A stretch of DNA of 61,647 bases from Lentisphaeria bacterium UBA1776 (GTDB lineage: Bacteria; Verrucomicrobiota; Lentisphaeria; Victivallales; Victivallaceae). Shown here piece by piece: positions 1 to 12,303 of the stretch (within the stretch, counting starts at the first letter, position 1; each line of letters starts with the position of its first letter). The notes beneath the pieces are model-generated. The model did no database searches and was not told where the DNA came from. It saw only the letters and a program-made list of their open reading frames with translations. The stretch lies in assembly GCA_002314605.1 (NCBI GenBank), contig DCGO01000095.1, forward strand, positions 1 to 61,647, in the 5' to 3' direction. Both the position numbers and the translations under genes were made by a program.

Positions 1-747
1 ATGGAGACATCGGAGAACTTATCACATTTTTTTGCCAATTCAAGTGCCTCCTCGCACCGGCATCACTGTGATTTTACAGAAAATTCGTTACACAGACTTT
101 TCAGAACGGATCCGGAATGTCTTTTTCCGTCCCGGACAACGGTCTTTCTGATCCATGGATGGGGGGGGCGCGCCATATCCATGGGTAATCTTGCCCGGGC
201 TCTTGCGAGGCACGGTTACACGGTCTTCAACTACGACTATCCGACTTTCCGGAAGAATATTGAGGAGCACGCCCGGGTCTTTCTTGAAGCGTACCGGAAA
301 ACCCTGCGGACGGAAGCAATTGACGGAGAAGTGTATTTCGTGACTCACAGCATGGGAGGGCTGATTCTACGGTCCTCCATGGCGGAAATGACGGCAGAAG
401 AGTGCCGTCAGATCAAGTCCGTCGTGATGCTGGGGCCGCCGAACCGCGGGTCCGGGCTGGCGGTCATAGGGAGGAACGCTCTGGTCCGTTCCGTCAATGC
501 GTCTCTCGGGGACATGGGATTGGGGCGAAACGCGTATGTTCAGCGGATTCCGGCGCCTCTTTTTTTACCTCCTGCAGGGATCATTGCCGGAAAATATGAC
601 GGAAAAGTGACGGCAGAAAATACCCTGCTGCCGGAAGGGCAGCCCTGCTCTTTCACCATGGTGAACTGCACCCATCCCGGCTCGCGGAATCCGGCCCGCA
701 CCCTCCGGCCGATCCTCCATTTTCTGGAGAAAAAGTCGTTTCAATAA
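1..747 (+). CDS. alpha/beta-fold hydrolase (lipase/esterase-like)
   Basis: ORF 1..747. The translation has a nucleophile-elbow motif THSMGG (GxSxG) and an upstream HGWGG motif. The ATG is at base 1, so the true N-terminus could lie outside the window. Confidence 0.7.
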   Translation: METSENLSHFFANSSASSHRHHCDFTENSLHRLFRTDPECLFPSRTTVFLIHGWGGRAISMGNLARALARHGYTVFNYDYPTFRKNIEEHARVFLEAYRKTLRTEAIDGEVYFVTHSMGGLILRSSMAEMTAEECRQIKSVVMLGPPNRGSGLAVIGRNALVRSVNASLGDMGLGRNAYVQRIPAPLFLPPAGIIAGKYDGKVTAENTLLPEGQPCSFTMVNCTHPGSRNPARTLRPILHFLEKKSFQ

Positions 748-853
748 GTCCGGCGGCTTCCGGATGCGCTTCTGCGGGCAGGTCTGACGGCGGAATCCCC
801 GGTCATCCGGTCCTTTCTTCCGTTCAGATTGCCTTACCGGACGTCTCCAAAAT

Positions 854-1550
854 TCATTCCGGCCGCGGGATCTCCTCCGGAAGCCAGCCTCTGACCGCGG
901 CTTCGCGGATGCACTTCATGGCCCAGGTGTGGACCTGCGGCATGCAGTCCCGCAGCACGGCCATGCGTTTCTCCACCTGCTCCCGGCGGGGGCGGGGTCC
1001 GAATTCCGCTATGTGTGGGCGTCCGTCAGAGTGTTGTGCAGAAGGGGCTGCAGCCGGTCCTGACAGTTGGTGTATTTGGCATCTGCAGTTTCTGCCGCAT
1101 CGAATTCTTCCCAGAGGTCCCGCAGGTGCTTTCCCTGCCGGGGGGCAGTATGGCGTAGAGCCGGTCCGCTGCATCTTTCTCCCGCTCACTTTTATCCCGG
1201 TTTCCGGGAATGTCGTAAGCGAAGGTGTCTCCGGCATAAATTTCCACCAGATCGTGTACCGGCAGCATTTCCACCGCATGATGGACGTTTGGCTTCTCCA
1301 CGGCATACTCCGCAATAAGCAGCACCATGACAGCGATGTGCCACGAGTGTTCCGCGTCATTCTCCCGGCGGCTCCTGTCCAGCAGCACGGTCCGCCGGAG
1401 AACTCCGGTCATGGCGTCGATTTCCGCCGTGAATTTCAGCCGGGCATCCAGCTGTTCCAGACCGGAAGGGATGAATCTTGCTTCAAAATCCTTCGTCTTA
1501 ACCGACTTTGATCCATTCTCCGCCGCCGGCGGCGCTCCGGCAGATGGCAA
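854..1550 (-). pseudogene. HD-domain phosphohydrolase (YfbR/HD_3-like) interrupted by two frameshifts
   Basis: Three minus-strand frames together spell one HD-family protein. The frame of ORF 1026..1550 gives RRENDAEHSWH...HDLVEIYAGDTFAYD. My own translation of the third minus frame over about 1025-1140 gives RQGKHLRDLWEEFDAAETADAKYTNCQDRLQPLLHNTLTD. The frame of ORF 854..1360 gives REQVEKRMAVLRDCMPQVHTWAMKCIREAAVRGWL. The first shift is at a G6 run (plus strand 1140-1145). Confidence 0.7.
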
Positions 1551-2505
1551 AGCAAGCCTTGTGGGAGTTCACTGCCGAGGCCACATTGTGCTCGGAATCC
1601 CGGTCCTCGCGGAGGCAGGTGATAAAATGACTCAAAATCGCCGGAAACGGGTGATCATATACATCGCCGCTCTTTTTCACCCCCGTATTGACGGCGAAGA
1701 AATCCTTCTGTTCCTGAAAACACCGGAGGAAAAACCGGTCGTTCAGAATGGTCCCGTCTTCCCCGATAATGTGGATGTTGGCCGTGTAGGGAACGAAGCC
1801 GGCAAGACTGCAGGAGAACACCCCCTTCGCCCCGTTGGCGAAACGCACCTGCGCCGTCTCCACCGCCGGGTAATCGTACCAGTCTCCCGTCTGCAGCGCA
1901 TCTCCCCGGACCTCGGTAATGTCGCTTCCCAGAAGGAACCGCGCCAGATCCACCGAGTGGCACCCCCCCAGCACAAAGGCCCCGCCGGAACGCTTTCCCT
2001 CCCGCATCCATCCGCCCCGGTCCCGGCCGAACCAGTAATCCACGTTGGCCAGCAGAATCTTCCCAAGTTCCCCCCGGGCGATGAGCCGTTTCTGCAGAAG
2101 ACTCAGGGGATTGAACCGGAGGACAAGCCCCATGACGCTTTTGGTGTAACACGCCTGCAGAACGGCAGCAAGTCTCTCCAGCTCTTCCGCGTTGACGGCG
2201 GCGGGTTTTTCAAGGAACAGCTGTTTTCCGGCCCTGGCAGCCTGCATGGCTTCTTCTGCGTGAAGGTCATTCGGGGTACAGATGGAGACAATGTCCACTC
2301 TCGGATCGTTCAAAATGTCCTCAAACGCCGGAAAGACCGTGATCTCGTGAAGGTCGAACTCGGCGATCTTCTGCTGTACGCTTTCCGGACGCCGGCTCCC
2401 GATGCCGATGAGGCGGCAGTCGGGATTTTTCAGGTACGCTGCCAGGTGACCGCCGGCCACCCATCCGCATCCCCACAATGCACATCCGAATTTTCCGTTT
2501 TTCAT
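1498..2505 (-). CDS. Gfo/Idh/MocA-family NAD(P)-dependent oxidoreductase
   Basis: 335-aa ORF with an N-terminal Rossmann motif (ALWGCGWVAGGH) and family-typical length. Its ATG overlaps the dxs stop (ATGA). Confidence 0.8.
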   Translation of the reverse strand: MKNGKFGCALWGCGWVAGGHLAAYLKNPDCRLIGIGSRRPESVQQKIAEFDLHEITVFPAFEDILNDPRVDIVSICTPNDLHAEEAMQAARAGKQLFLEKPAAVNAEELERLAAVLQACYTKSVMGLVLRFNPLSLLQKRLIARGELGKILLANVDYWFGRDRGGWMREGKRSGGAFVLGGCHSVDLARFLLGSDITEVRGDALQTGDWYDYPAVETAQVRFANGAKGVFSCSLAGFVPYTANIHIIGEDGTILNDRFFLRCFQEQKDFFAVNTGVKKSGDVYDHPFPAILSHFITCLREDRDSEHNVASAVNSHKACFAICRSAAGGGEWIKVG

Positions 2506-4361
2506 GGTATTCTCCCGTTTACCTGTTTGACGATCTCAGCGGCCTTCGCCGCAATTTTTTCCGGGGTCAGTCCGAACTTTTCCCGCAGCTCCCGGACCTT
2601 GCCGAAAGGGATCACTTTGTCTGACGGCCAGCCAAAACAGTACGCGGGGACCGCATATTCCGCTGCGGCCCCCCCGAGACCTCCCGTCACCACATGATCT
2701 TCCAGTGTAAATACCGGCATCCGGGCGGCATATTCCATAAAAAGTTTTCCGTCAAAGGGTTTCACCGTAAAAGAGTGAACCACCGCCGCTGAAATGCCGT
2801 ACTCTTTTTCCAGAATCTCCGCCGCTTTCAGCGCCGTGTGAAGTTCCGCGCCGCAGCTCCAGAGGGCAAGTTCCGCCCCTTCCCGGCGGATCAGGGCTTT
2901 CCCCGGAATCAGCGGCATCACCGGAAGCAGCGGGTCGAAACCCTGTCCACTGGCGCCCCGGGGATAACGAACTGCAGCCGGTTTTTTCGATGCCACCGCC
3001 GCAAAGAGGGCATCCCGGAGTTCCTGCTCGTCCGCCGGGGTATAAATATCCAGATTCGGAAGAGACCGGAGGAAGGCCAGATCGTAGATCCCATGATGGG
3101 TGGGCCCGTCCTCCACCACCCCCGCCCGGTCAACAGCCAGCACCACCGGGAGATTTTGAAGACAGATATCGTGATACACTTCATCCAGCGCCCGCTGGAG
3201 GAATGTGGCGTAAATCGCCGCCACCGGATGCAGCCCACCCGCCGCCAGACCGGAGGCAAAGACCATTTCGTGCTCTTCGGCGATCCCCACGTCAAAGAAG
3301 CGGTCCGGGAATCTCTCCGCAAATTTTTCCAGCCCGGTCCCCAGTGCCATGGCCGCGGTAACCCCCACGATCTCCGGATATTTCTCCCCCAGGTGGATCA
3401 TGGTTTCGCCAAAGGCGGCGGAGAATCCTCCGCCGGAAGAGTTTTCCAATCCCCGCTCAAGGTCAAAGGGACCCACGCCGTGATAGCGTTCCGGCTCTTT
3501 TTCCGCCGGAGGATAGCCGTTCCCCTTTCGGGTGATCACATGCACCAGAGTGGGCCGGTGGGACTCCCGGGCCGCCGTCAGCATCCGCTCCAGCTCCGGG
3601 ATGTTGTGGCCGTCCACCGGTCCGAAATAGCGTATTCCCAGCTCTTCGAACCAGCCTCCCGGCAGGAAAACGCTTTTGGCGGATTCCTCAAACCGCCGGA
3701 CCGCATGGTACAGATCCGGAACCTTGCGGAGCATGGTTTTCGCCAGCGCCCGGAACCGGGAGTACCCCTTGCCGGAAATGATCCGGTTGAGATAGTGGGT
3801 AAGCCCTCCCACGTTCCGGGAAATGGACATGCGGTTGTCATTGAGGACGATCACCAGGGAACTCCGGTTTTCATCAATATTGTTCAGGCCCTCCAGCGAA
3901 ACACCGCAGGCCAGAGAGCCGTCCCCTACAATGGCGACTGCACGGGTATTTTTCCCCTGCCGCTTCGCCGCAGCCTCGATCCCGAGGGCCGCCGAAATGG
4001 CGGTCCCGGCATGGCCGCCGCCGATGGGATCGTATTCGGGGGATTCCGCCCGGGACTGAAAGGGCGCACATCCCCCCATGGTCCGGAGTTTCTGAAAAAG
4101 TTCTCCCCGGCCGGTCAGAAGTTTATGGGCGTATGCCTGGTGCCCCACATCCCAGACAAGTTTGTCTTCCGGTGTCAGAAAAACCCGGTGGAGGGCGATG
4201 GTCAGTTCCACCGTGCCCAGAGAGCTGGCCAGGTGTCCGCCGGTGCGGGAAACGGTCTGCAGGATCCTTGCCCGCAGCTCTCCGGCCAGCCGGGGCAATT
4301 CCCCGGCAGGGAGATCACGGACATCGGCGCCGCCGCGAATGGAAGAAAGGAGTTCCGGCAT
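2502..4361 (-). CDS. dxs: 1-deoxy-D-xylulose-5-phosphate synthase
   Basis: 619 aa. Shows typical DXS blocks GGHLASSLGTVELTIALHRVF, DKLVWDVGHQAYAHKLLTGR, the thiamine-diphosphate block GDGSLACGVSLEGLNN, and a transketolase-like C-terminal half. Confidence 0.95.
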   Translation of the reverse strand: MPELLSSIRGGADVRDLPAGELPRLAGELRARILQTVSRTGGHLASSLGTVELTIALHRVFLTPEDKLVWDVGHQAYAHKLLTGRGELFQKLRTMGGCAPFQSRAESPEYDPIGGGHAGTAISAALGIEAAAKRQGKNTRAVAIVGDGSLACGVSLEGLNNIDENRSSLVIVLNDNRMSISRNVGGLTHYLNRIISGKGYSRFRALAKTMLRKVPDLYHAVRRFEESAKSVFLPGGWFEELGIRYFGPVDGHNIPELERMLTAARESHRPTLVHVITRKGNGYPPAEKEPERYHGVGPFDLERGLENSSGGGFSAAFGETMIHLGEKYPEIVGVTAAMALGTGLEKFAERFPDRFFDVGIAEEHEMVFASGLAAGGLHPVAAIYATFLQRALDEVYHDICLQNLPVVLAVDRAGVVEDGPTHHGIYDLAFLRSLPNLDIYTPADEQELRDALFAAVASKKPAAVRYPRGASGQGFDPLLPVMPLIPGKALIRREGAELALWSCGAELHTALKAAEILEKEYGISAAVVHSFTVKPFDGKLFMEYAARMPVFTLEDHVVTGGLGGAAAEYAVPAYCFGWPSDKVIPFGKVRELREKFGLTPEKIAAKAAEIVKQVNGRIP

Positions 4362-4364
4362 GGC

Positions 4365-4622
4365 TTACAGGACCATCCGGACGCCGGGAATGGCTGCCAG
4401 ACGTTTCGGAACCGCCTCCAGCGCAGCCCGGTCCGGCATGGTCACCATGACTCCCAGCGTGCGGTAGCGCCCCCCGGCAGACGTGCGTCCCGGGGTCCAT
4501 TTTTCCGGCATGAGATATTCCTCCAGAACCGCTTGGGCGGAATGAAGGACGGCTTCATCGTCTCCATCGTAAATAATCCGCAGCGCGCAGCGGACGGGAA
4601 ATTTCAGTTCCTGTTCGGCCAT
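4365..4622 (-). CDS. DUF493 (YbeD-like) small protein
   Basis: 85 aa. Begins ..[14 protein letters not shown] and ends ..IPGVRMVL, like YbeD-family proteins as I remember them. Sits 3 nt upstream of dxs. Confidence 0.6.
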   Translation of the reverse strand: MAEQELKFPVRCALRIIYDGDDEAVLHSAQAVLEEYLMPEKWTPGRTSAGGRYRTLGVMVTMPDRAALEAVPKRLAAIPGVRMVL

Positions 4623-4708
4623 AAGGGGTTCCTTTCTCTTTTTCCGCCCAATAATATATCACGCCGAAACGGTTTTTTCCATAAAACAGGGAGGAATTGA
4701 GGAAAAGA

Positions 4709-4738
4709 TTGGAAAAAAAGATGTTCCGGTGCTATATT
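4709..4738 (+). promoter_or_regulatory. candidate sigma70-type promoter upstream of arnA
   Basis: TTGGAA (4709-4714), an 18-nt spacer, then TATATT (4733-4738), about 45 nt upstream of the arnA ATG. Pattern match only. Confidence 0.3.
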
Positions 4739-4782
4739 ATTACCGTTGTATTGTTTCGACAATCATTGACCAACAGAAAGTG

Positions 4783-6798
4783 ATGAAAACCATGGCAAAA
4801 GGCGTAAAAGGCGTGAAATGCGTAGTTTTGGCGTACCACAACATCGGACGCACGGGGATTGAGGCTCTGCTGAAAAGCGGGTACGAGATCAGCGCGGTCT
4901 TCACCCATCGCGACAACCCGAATGAAAACATCTGGTTCGACTCGGTCGCCGAGTTCGCCACCGCCAGGGGAATCCCGGTCTTCGCTCCCGAAGACATCAA
5001 CCATCCCATCTGGATCAACCGGATCCGTGCCATGAAGCCGGATTTCATTTTCAGCTTCTACTACCGGAATATGGTCAAGCAGGAACTGCTGGACATTCCC
5101 TCCAAGGGGGCGCTGAACCTCCACGGCTCGCTGCTTCCGAAGTACCGCGGCCGGGTGCCCATCAACTGGGCCATCATCAACGGGGAAAAAGAGACCGGCG
5201 TCACCTTGCACTACATGACCGCCAAACCGGACGCCGGGGATATTGTGGCCCAGAGCAAAGTTGCCATTACCGATGACGATACCGCCCGGACGCTGTTTGA
5301 CAAGATCGAGGCTGCCGCCGCCAAGCTCCTGGACAAGACGCTCCCCCTGCTGGCCGCCGGGAAAGCCCCCCGCAAGGCGCAGAAAAATTCCGCAGCCACC
5401 TATTTCGGCGGCCGCAAGCCTGCTGACGGCGAGATCGACTGGAAAAAGAGTGCCGCAGAAATCCGGAATCTTATCCGCGCAGTGACCCGGCCCTACCCCG
5501 GAGCCTTCACGTTCCTCGGCGACCGCAAGGGCTTCATCTGGAGCGCGGATGTGACCACCGGCAGGGGCAAGCCCGGCACGGTGATCTCCGGCAATCCATT
5601 GGTCATCGCCTGCGGCAAGGGCGCCCTCAGGATCACTGCGGCCCAGTGGGAGAGCGGCGTGTATGCCTCCGGCGCCCAGTTCGCCATCGACGGCAGTGTG
5701 GTGAAGAACATGGTCTTCTCCGGCAATGTCCGTCGTCTCCGGGAGATCAACCGCAAGAAGAGCGTCCTCATTCTCGGCGTGAATGGTTTCATCGGCAGTC
5801 ACTTGAGCGAGCGTCTGCTGGAATCCGGCAAATATGAGGTTTACGGTCTGGACCTCCGCAGCAACTACATCGACCACCTGCTGGACAAACCGGATTTCCA
5901 TTTCCGCGAAGGCAATATCGCCATTCACAGAGAGTGGATCGAGTACCAGATCAGCAAGTGCGACATCGTGCTGCCTTTGGTGGCCATCGCCACGCCCATT
6001 GAGTACACCCGGAACCCGCTCCGGGTCTTTGAGCTGGACTTCGAGGAAAACCTGCGGATCGTCCGCTACTGCGTGAAGTACAACAAGCGGATCCTCTTCC
6101 CCTCCACCAGCGAAGTTTACGGCATGTGTCAGGACAAGAATTTCGATGAAGACAATTCCGTGCTCATCACCGGCCCCATCCGCATGCAGCGCTGGATCTA
6201 CTCCACCAGCAAGCAGCTGCTGGACCGGGTGATCTGGGCCTACGGTGCCAAAGGACAGCTCAAGTTCACTTTGTTCCGGCCCTTCAACTGGATCGGACCC
6301 CGTCTGGACAGCCTGACCAGCGCCCGCATCGGTTCCAGCCGCGCCATCACCCAGCTCATCCTCAATCTGGTGCAGGGTTCGCCCATCCAGCTCATTGACG
6401 GCGGCGAGCAGAAGCGCTGTTTTGTGGACATCAAGGAAGGCGTGGAAGCCTTGTACCGGATCATCGAGAACAAGGACGGCATCTGCGACGGCAAGATCAT
6501 CAACATCGGCAATCCGGACAACGAGGCAAGCATCAAGGCTATGGCTGAAATGCTGGTGAAGAAGTTCGAGAAACATCCCCTCCGTTCCAAGTTTCCCCCC
6601 TTTGCGGGTTATGTGGTCCTGGAGTCCGGCGCCTTCTACGGCAAGGGGTATCAGGATGTTCAGCACCGCTGCCCCAGCATCCGCAATGCCAAGAAGTATC
6701 TGGACTGGGAGCCCTCCATCACGCTGGAAAAATCCATCGAGACCACGCTGGACTTCTTCCTGAACGAAGCCGTCAAATCCGGCGAATTCAGCAAGTAA
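4783..6798 (+). CDS. arnA: bifunctional UDP-glucuronate decarboxylase / UDP-L-Ara4N formyltransferase
   Basis: Formyltransferase half: [32 protein letters not shown]. Dehydrogenase/decarboxylase half: [69 protein letters not shown]. Start chosen at MKTMAKG (ATG 4783); 4792 is also possible. Confidence 0.93.
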   Translation: MKTMAKGVKGVKCVVLAYHNIGRTGIEALLKSGYEISAVFTHRDNPNENIWFDSVAEFATARGIPVFAPEDINHPIWINRIRAMKPDFIFSFYYRNMVKQELLDIPSKGALNLHGSLLPKYRGRVPINWAIINGEKETGVTLHYMTAKPDAGDIVAQSKVAITDDDTARTLFDKIEAAAAKLLDKTLPLLAAGKAPRKAQKNSAATYFGGRKPADGEIDWKKSAAEIRNLIRAVTRPYPGAFTFLGDRKGFIWSADVTTGRGKPGTVISGNPLVIACGKGALRITAAQWESGVYASGAQFAIDGSVVKNMVFSGNVRRLREINRKKSVLILGVNGFIGSHLSERLLESGKYEVYGLDLRSNYIDHLLDKPDFHFREGNIAIHREWIEYQISKCDIVLPLVAIATPIEYTRNPLRVFELDFEENLRIVRYCVKYNKRILFPSTSEVYGMCQDKNFDEDNSVLITGPIRMQRWIYSTSKQLLDRVIWAYGAKGQLKFTLFRPFNWIGPRLDSLTSARIGSSRAITQLILNLVQGSPIQLIDGGEQKRCFVDIKEGVEALYRIIENKDGICDGKIINIGNPDNEASIKAMAEMLVKKFEKHPLRSKFPPFAGYVVLESGAFYGKGYQDVQHRCPSIRNAKKYLDWEPSITLEKSIETTLDFFLNEAVKSGEFSK

Positions 6799-6804
6799 TT
6801 TCCC

Positions 6805-7683
6805 ATGAAGGAGATTGCGCTCCGTATCGATGTGGACACCTACCGGGGTACCCGGGACGGTGTTCCCCGGCTCTGTGAGACGCTGGCAAAATACGGCGTC
6901 AAGGGAACCTTCTACTTTTCCGTAGGTCCGGACAATATGGGGCGCCACCTGTGGAGGCTCCTCAAACCGGCGTTTCTCTGGAAAATGCTCCGCACCAATG
7001 CGGCTGGGCTCTACGGGTTGGATATCGTCCTTATGGGGACGGCGTGGCCGGGGCCCCGGATCAGCAAACATCTGGCGGCGCAGATCCGCGCCGCCGCCGA
7101 AGCCGGTCATGAGGTGGGGTTCCATGCGTGGGATCACCACCGTACCCAGGCGAAGATCGACACCATGAGCGATGAAGAGATCCGGGAGGAATTCCGCCGG
7201 GGGCTTGCTGAACTGGAGCGGATTGTGGGTTTCGCGCCCCGCACCAGCGCCACGCCGGGCTGGCGGACGACGGAAAGACTGCTCCGGATCAAAACGGAGT
7301 TTCCCTTCGACTACAATTCCGACTGCCGGGGGTATGCGCCTTTCCGGCCGGAGATCCCCGGCGCGCCCCTGCAGATCCCGGTCACACTGCCCACTTACGA
7401 TGAGATCTGCGGTCGGGACGGGGTGAATGATGCCAATTACAACGACCGCCAGATCGCTCTCCTGCGGGAGGACAAATTGAATGTCCTCACCATCCATGCG
7501 GAGGCCGAAGGGGGCAAGTGCGCTGCCATGTTTGACGGGTATCTGGACCGGGTGCAGAAGTTGGGGTATCAGGTCATCCCGCTGGGCGAAGCAGCCAAAC
7601 GGTATGCGGATGCGTCCAAGGGCAGCTGCTCCCCGCAGCCCTTCCCGGGGAGGGAAGGCTGGCTCTCAGTTCAGGACAAATAA
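6805..7683 (+). CDS. arnD: 4-deoxy-4-formamido-L-arabinose-phosphoundecaprenol deformylase
   Basis: 292 aa. LRIDVDTYRGTRDGVPRL, FYFSVGPDNMGRHLWRLLKP, HAWDHH and IHAEAEG match the polysaccharide-deacetylase-type ArnD. Lies 6 nt after arnA. Confidence 0.9.
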   Translation: MKEIALRIDVDTYRGTRDGVPRLCETLAKYGVKGTFYFSVGPDNMGRHLWRLLKPAFLWKMLRTNAAGLYGLDIVLMGTAWPGPRISKHLAAQIRAAAEAGHEVGFHAWDHHRTQAKIDTMSDEEIREEFRRGLAELERIVGFAPRTSATPGWRTTERLLRIKTEFPFDYNSDCRGYAPFRPEIPGAPLQIPVTLPTYDEICGRDGVNDANYNDRQIALLREDKLNVLTIHAEAEGGKCAAMFDGYLDRVQKLGYQVIPLGEAAKRYADASKGSCSPQPFPGREGWLSVQDK

Positions 7684-7745
7684 CGCAACACTTCCGGCGG
7701 CGGACAAACGATCCGGCACCGGTTTTTTACACAGGAAGGTGCGTC

Positions 7746-8423
7746 ATGGAAAAGTACAAGCAGGATTTTATTGAGTTCATGATCGACTGCAATGTCCTCA
7801 AATTCGGGGATTTTGTGACCAAAAGCGGCCGGAAGACCCCGTTTTTCATCAACACCGGGTTTTACCGCACCGGTTCCCAGCTCCGGAAACTGGGGAGCTG
7901 CTATGCCAGGGCCATCAAAGAGGCTTTCGGACTGGATTTCGACGTGCTCTTCGGCCCCGCCTACAAAGGGATCCCCCTTTCCGTGACCGCGGCGGCGGCG
8001 CTGGCGGAAGACTATGGTACGGATGTGCGCTACTGCTCCAACCGCAAAGAGGTGAAGGATCACGGCGACAAGGGCATTCTGCTGGGAGGCCCCCTGGGGG
8101 ACGGGGACAAAGTGGTGATCATTGAAGATGTCACCACCGCAGGGACCTCCATTCACGAGACCATGCCCATTCTGCTGGCGCAGGGCAAAGTGAACGTTCT
8201 GGGACTGGTGGTCAGCGTGGACCGCATGGAGCGGGGGAACTCCGAAAAGAGCGCCCTGGCCTCCATTGCCGAAGAGTTCGGGATGAAGACCACATCCATT
8301 GTCAATATGCAGGAAGTGGTGGAACACCTCTACAACCGCCCGTACAAAGGGCGCATTGTGATCGATGATGCGCTGAAATCCGCCATCGATGCCTATTACG
8401 TCCAGTATGGCGCCAGGGTGTAA
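7746..8423 (+). CDS. pyrE: orotate phosphoribosyltransferase
   Basis: 225 aa. Has LKFGDFVTKSGRKTPFFIN, GPAYKGIPL and the PRPP-binding block VVIIEDVTTAGTS. Confidence 0.9.
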   Translation: MEKYKQDFIEFMIDCNVLKFGDFVTKSGRKTPFFINTGFYRTGSQLRKLGSCYARAIKEAFGLDFDVLFGPAYKGIPLSVTAAAALAEDYGTDVRYCSNRKEVKDHGDKGILLGGPLGDGDKVVIIEDVTTAGTSIHETMPILLAQGKVNVLGLVVSVDRMERGNSEKSALASIAEEFGMKTTSIVNMQEVVEHLYNRPYKGRIVIDDALKSAIDAYYVQYGARV

Positions 8424-8555
8424 ACAGAACTCTTGAGCGTCCATCACGGAGTTCCTGTCCGACCGTCCGGTGCCTCCTCCGGGCAGTTCCGCCTCCGCGC
8501 AGAACTTTCCTCCACCCCCTGCCGCTTTTTTGATTTTTCGGTAAAAACGGGTTGA

Positions 8556-11174
<2,619 letters not shown>

Positions 11175-11211
11175 CCGACATCCTGTCACAATCATTCGGG
11201 AGACATTTATC

Positions 11212-12297
11212 ATGGCAGACAAGAAACAGGACATCATCACTTCCGGCCGGGACAAGAATCTGGAGATCGCCATCAGCCAGATCGAAAAGCAGTTCGGCAA
11301 GGGCTCCATCATGCGCATGGGCGACGGCAAAGCCGCGCTGGGCGATGTACCGGTCATCAGTACCGGCAGCCTCGGACTGGATATTGCATTGGGGATCGGC
11401 GGCCTTCCCGCCGGGCGCATCATTGAGATCTACGGGCCGGAATCTTCCGGCAAGACCACCCTCTGCCTTCACGTGATCGCCAACGCCCAGGCCAAGGGGG
11501 GCAACTGCGCCATTATTGATGCTGAACACGCCATTGATCCCGGCTACGCCGAACGGATCGGGGTGAAGGTGAACGATCTGCTGATCTCCCAGCCGGACTG
11601 CGGGGAGGACGCCCTCAATATTGCAGACACGCTGGTGCGGAGCAATTCCATCGACGTGCTGGTCATCGACTCCGTTGCGGCGCTGGTGCCGAAGGCGGAG
11701 ATCGAGGGACAGATGGGAGACAGCCATGTAGGGCTGCAGGCACGGCTCATGTCTCAGGCACTGCGGAAGATCACCGGTGCCGCCAGCCGCAGCCGGACCT
11801 GCGTTATTTTCACCAACCAGATCCGGGAAAAGATCGGCGTCATGTTCGGCAATCCGGAAACGACCACAGGAGGCAACGCCCTCAAATTCTATGCTTCCGT
11901 CCGCATGGATATCCGCAAGACGACCGTCCTGAAGGACCCTGCCGGCAATATTTACGGCAACCGGGCCCGGGTGAAAGTGGTGAAGAACAAAATGGCGCCC
12001 CCCTTCAAAGTGGCGGAATTCGACATTTGCTACAACGAAGGGATCTCCCGGATCGGATCGATCCTGGATCTGGCGGTGGATATGGGACTTCTGGAAAAAC
12101 GCGGTTCCTGGTTCAGTTTTGAAGGCAATCAGCTTGGACAGGGCCGGGATCAGACCAAAATGCTGCTGGAAAAAGATCCGGAACTCTGCCGGAAACTGGA
12201 AGAAACGATCCGGGCAAAAGCTTTTGGTGCCGCCGACGGCAGCAGCAGGGAGACCTCCGCTCCGGAAATTGCTCCCGAACCCGCTGCCGGAGTCTGA
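11212..12297 (+). CDS. recA: recombinase A
   Basis: 361 aa. Has [13 protein letters not shown], the Walker A block [10 protein letters not shown], and [36 protein letters not shown]. Confidence 0.97.
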   Translation: MADKKQDIITSGRDKNLEIAISQIEKQFGKGSIMRMGDGKAALGDVPVISTGSLGLDIALGIGGLPAGRIIEIYGPESSGKTTLCLHVIANAQAKGGNCAIIDAEHAIDPGYAERIGVKVNDLLISQPDCGEDALNIADTLVRSNSIDVLVIDSVAALVPKAEIEGQMGDSHVGLQARLMSQALRKITGAASRSRTCVIFTNQIREKIGVMFGNPETTTGGNALKFYASVRMDIRKTTVLKDPAGNIYGNRARVKVVKNKMAPPFKVAEFDICYNEGISRIGSILDLAVDMGLLEKRGSWFSFEGNQLGQGRDQTKMLLEKDPELCRKLEETIRAKAFGAADGSSRETSAPEIAPEPAAGV

Positions 12298-12303
12298 AGC
12301 ATC

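Noticed and set aside
4732-7497. 921-aa minus-strand ORF spanning arnA and arnD
   Set aside because: It is antisense to two genes with unmistakable ArnA/ArnD motifs. Its translation is Gly/Pro/Arg/Ala-rich low-complexity, typical of stop-poor shadow frames in GC-rich DNA.
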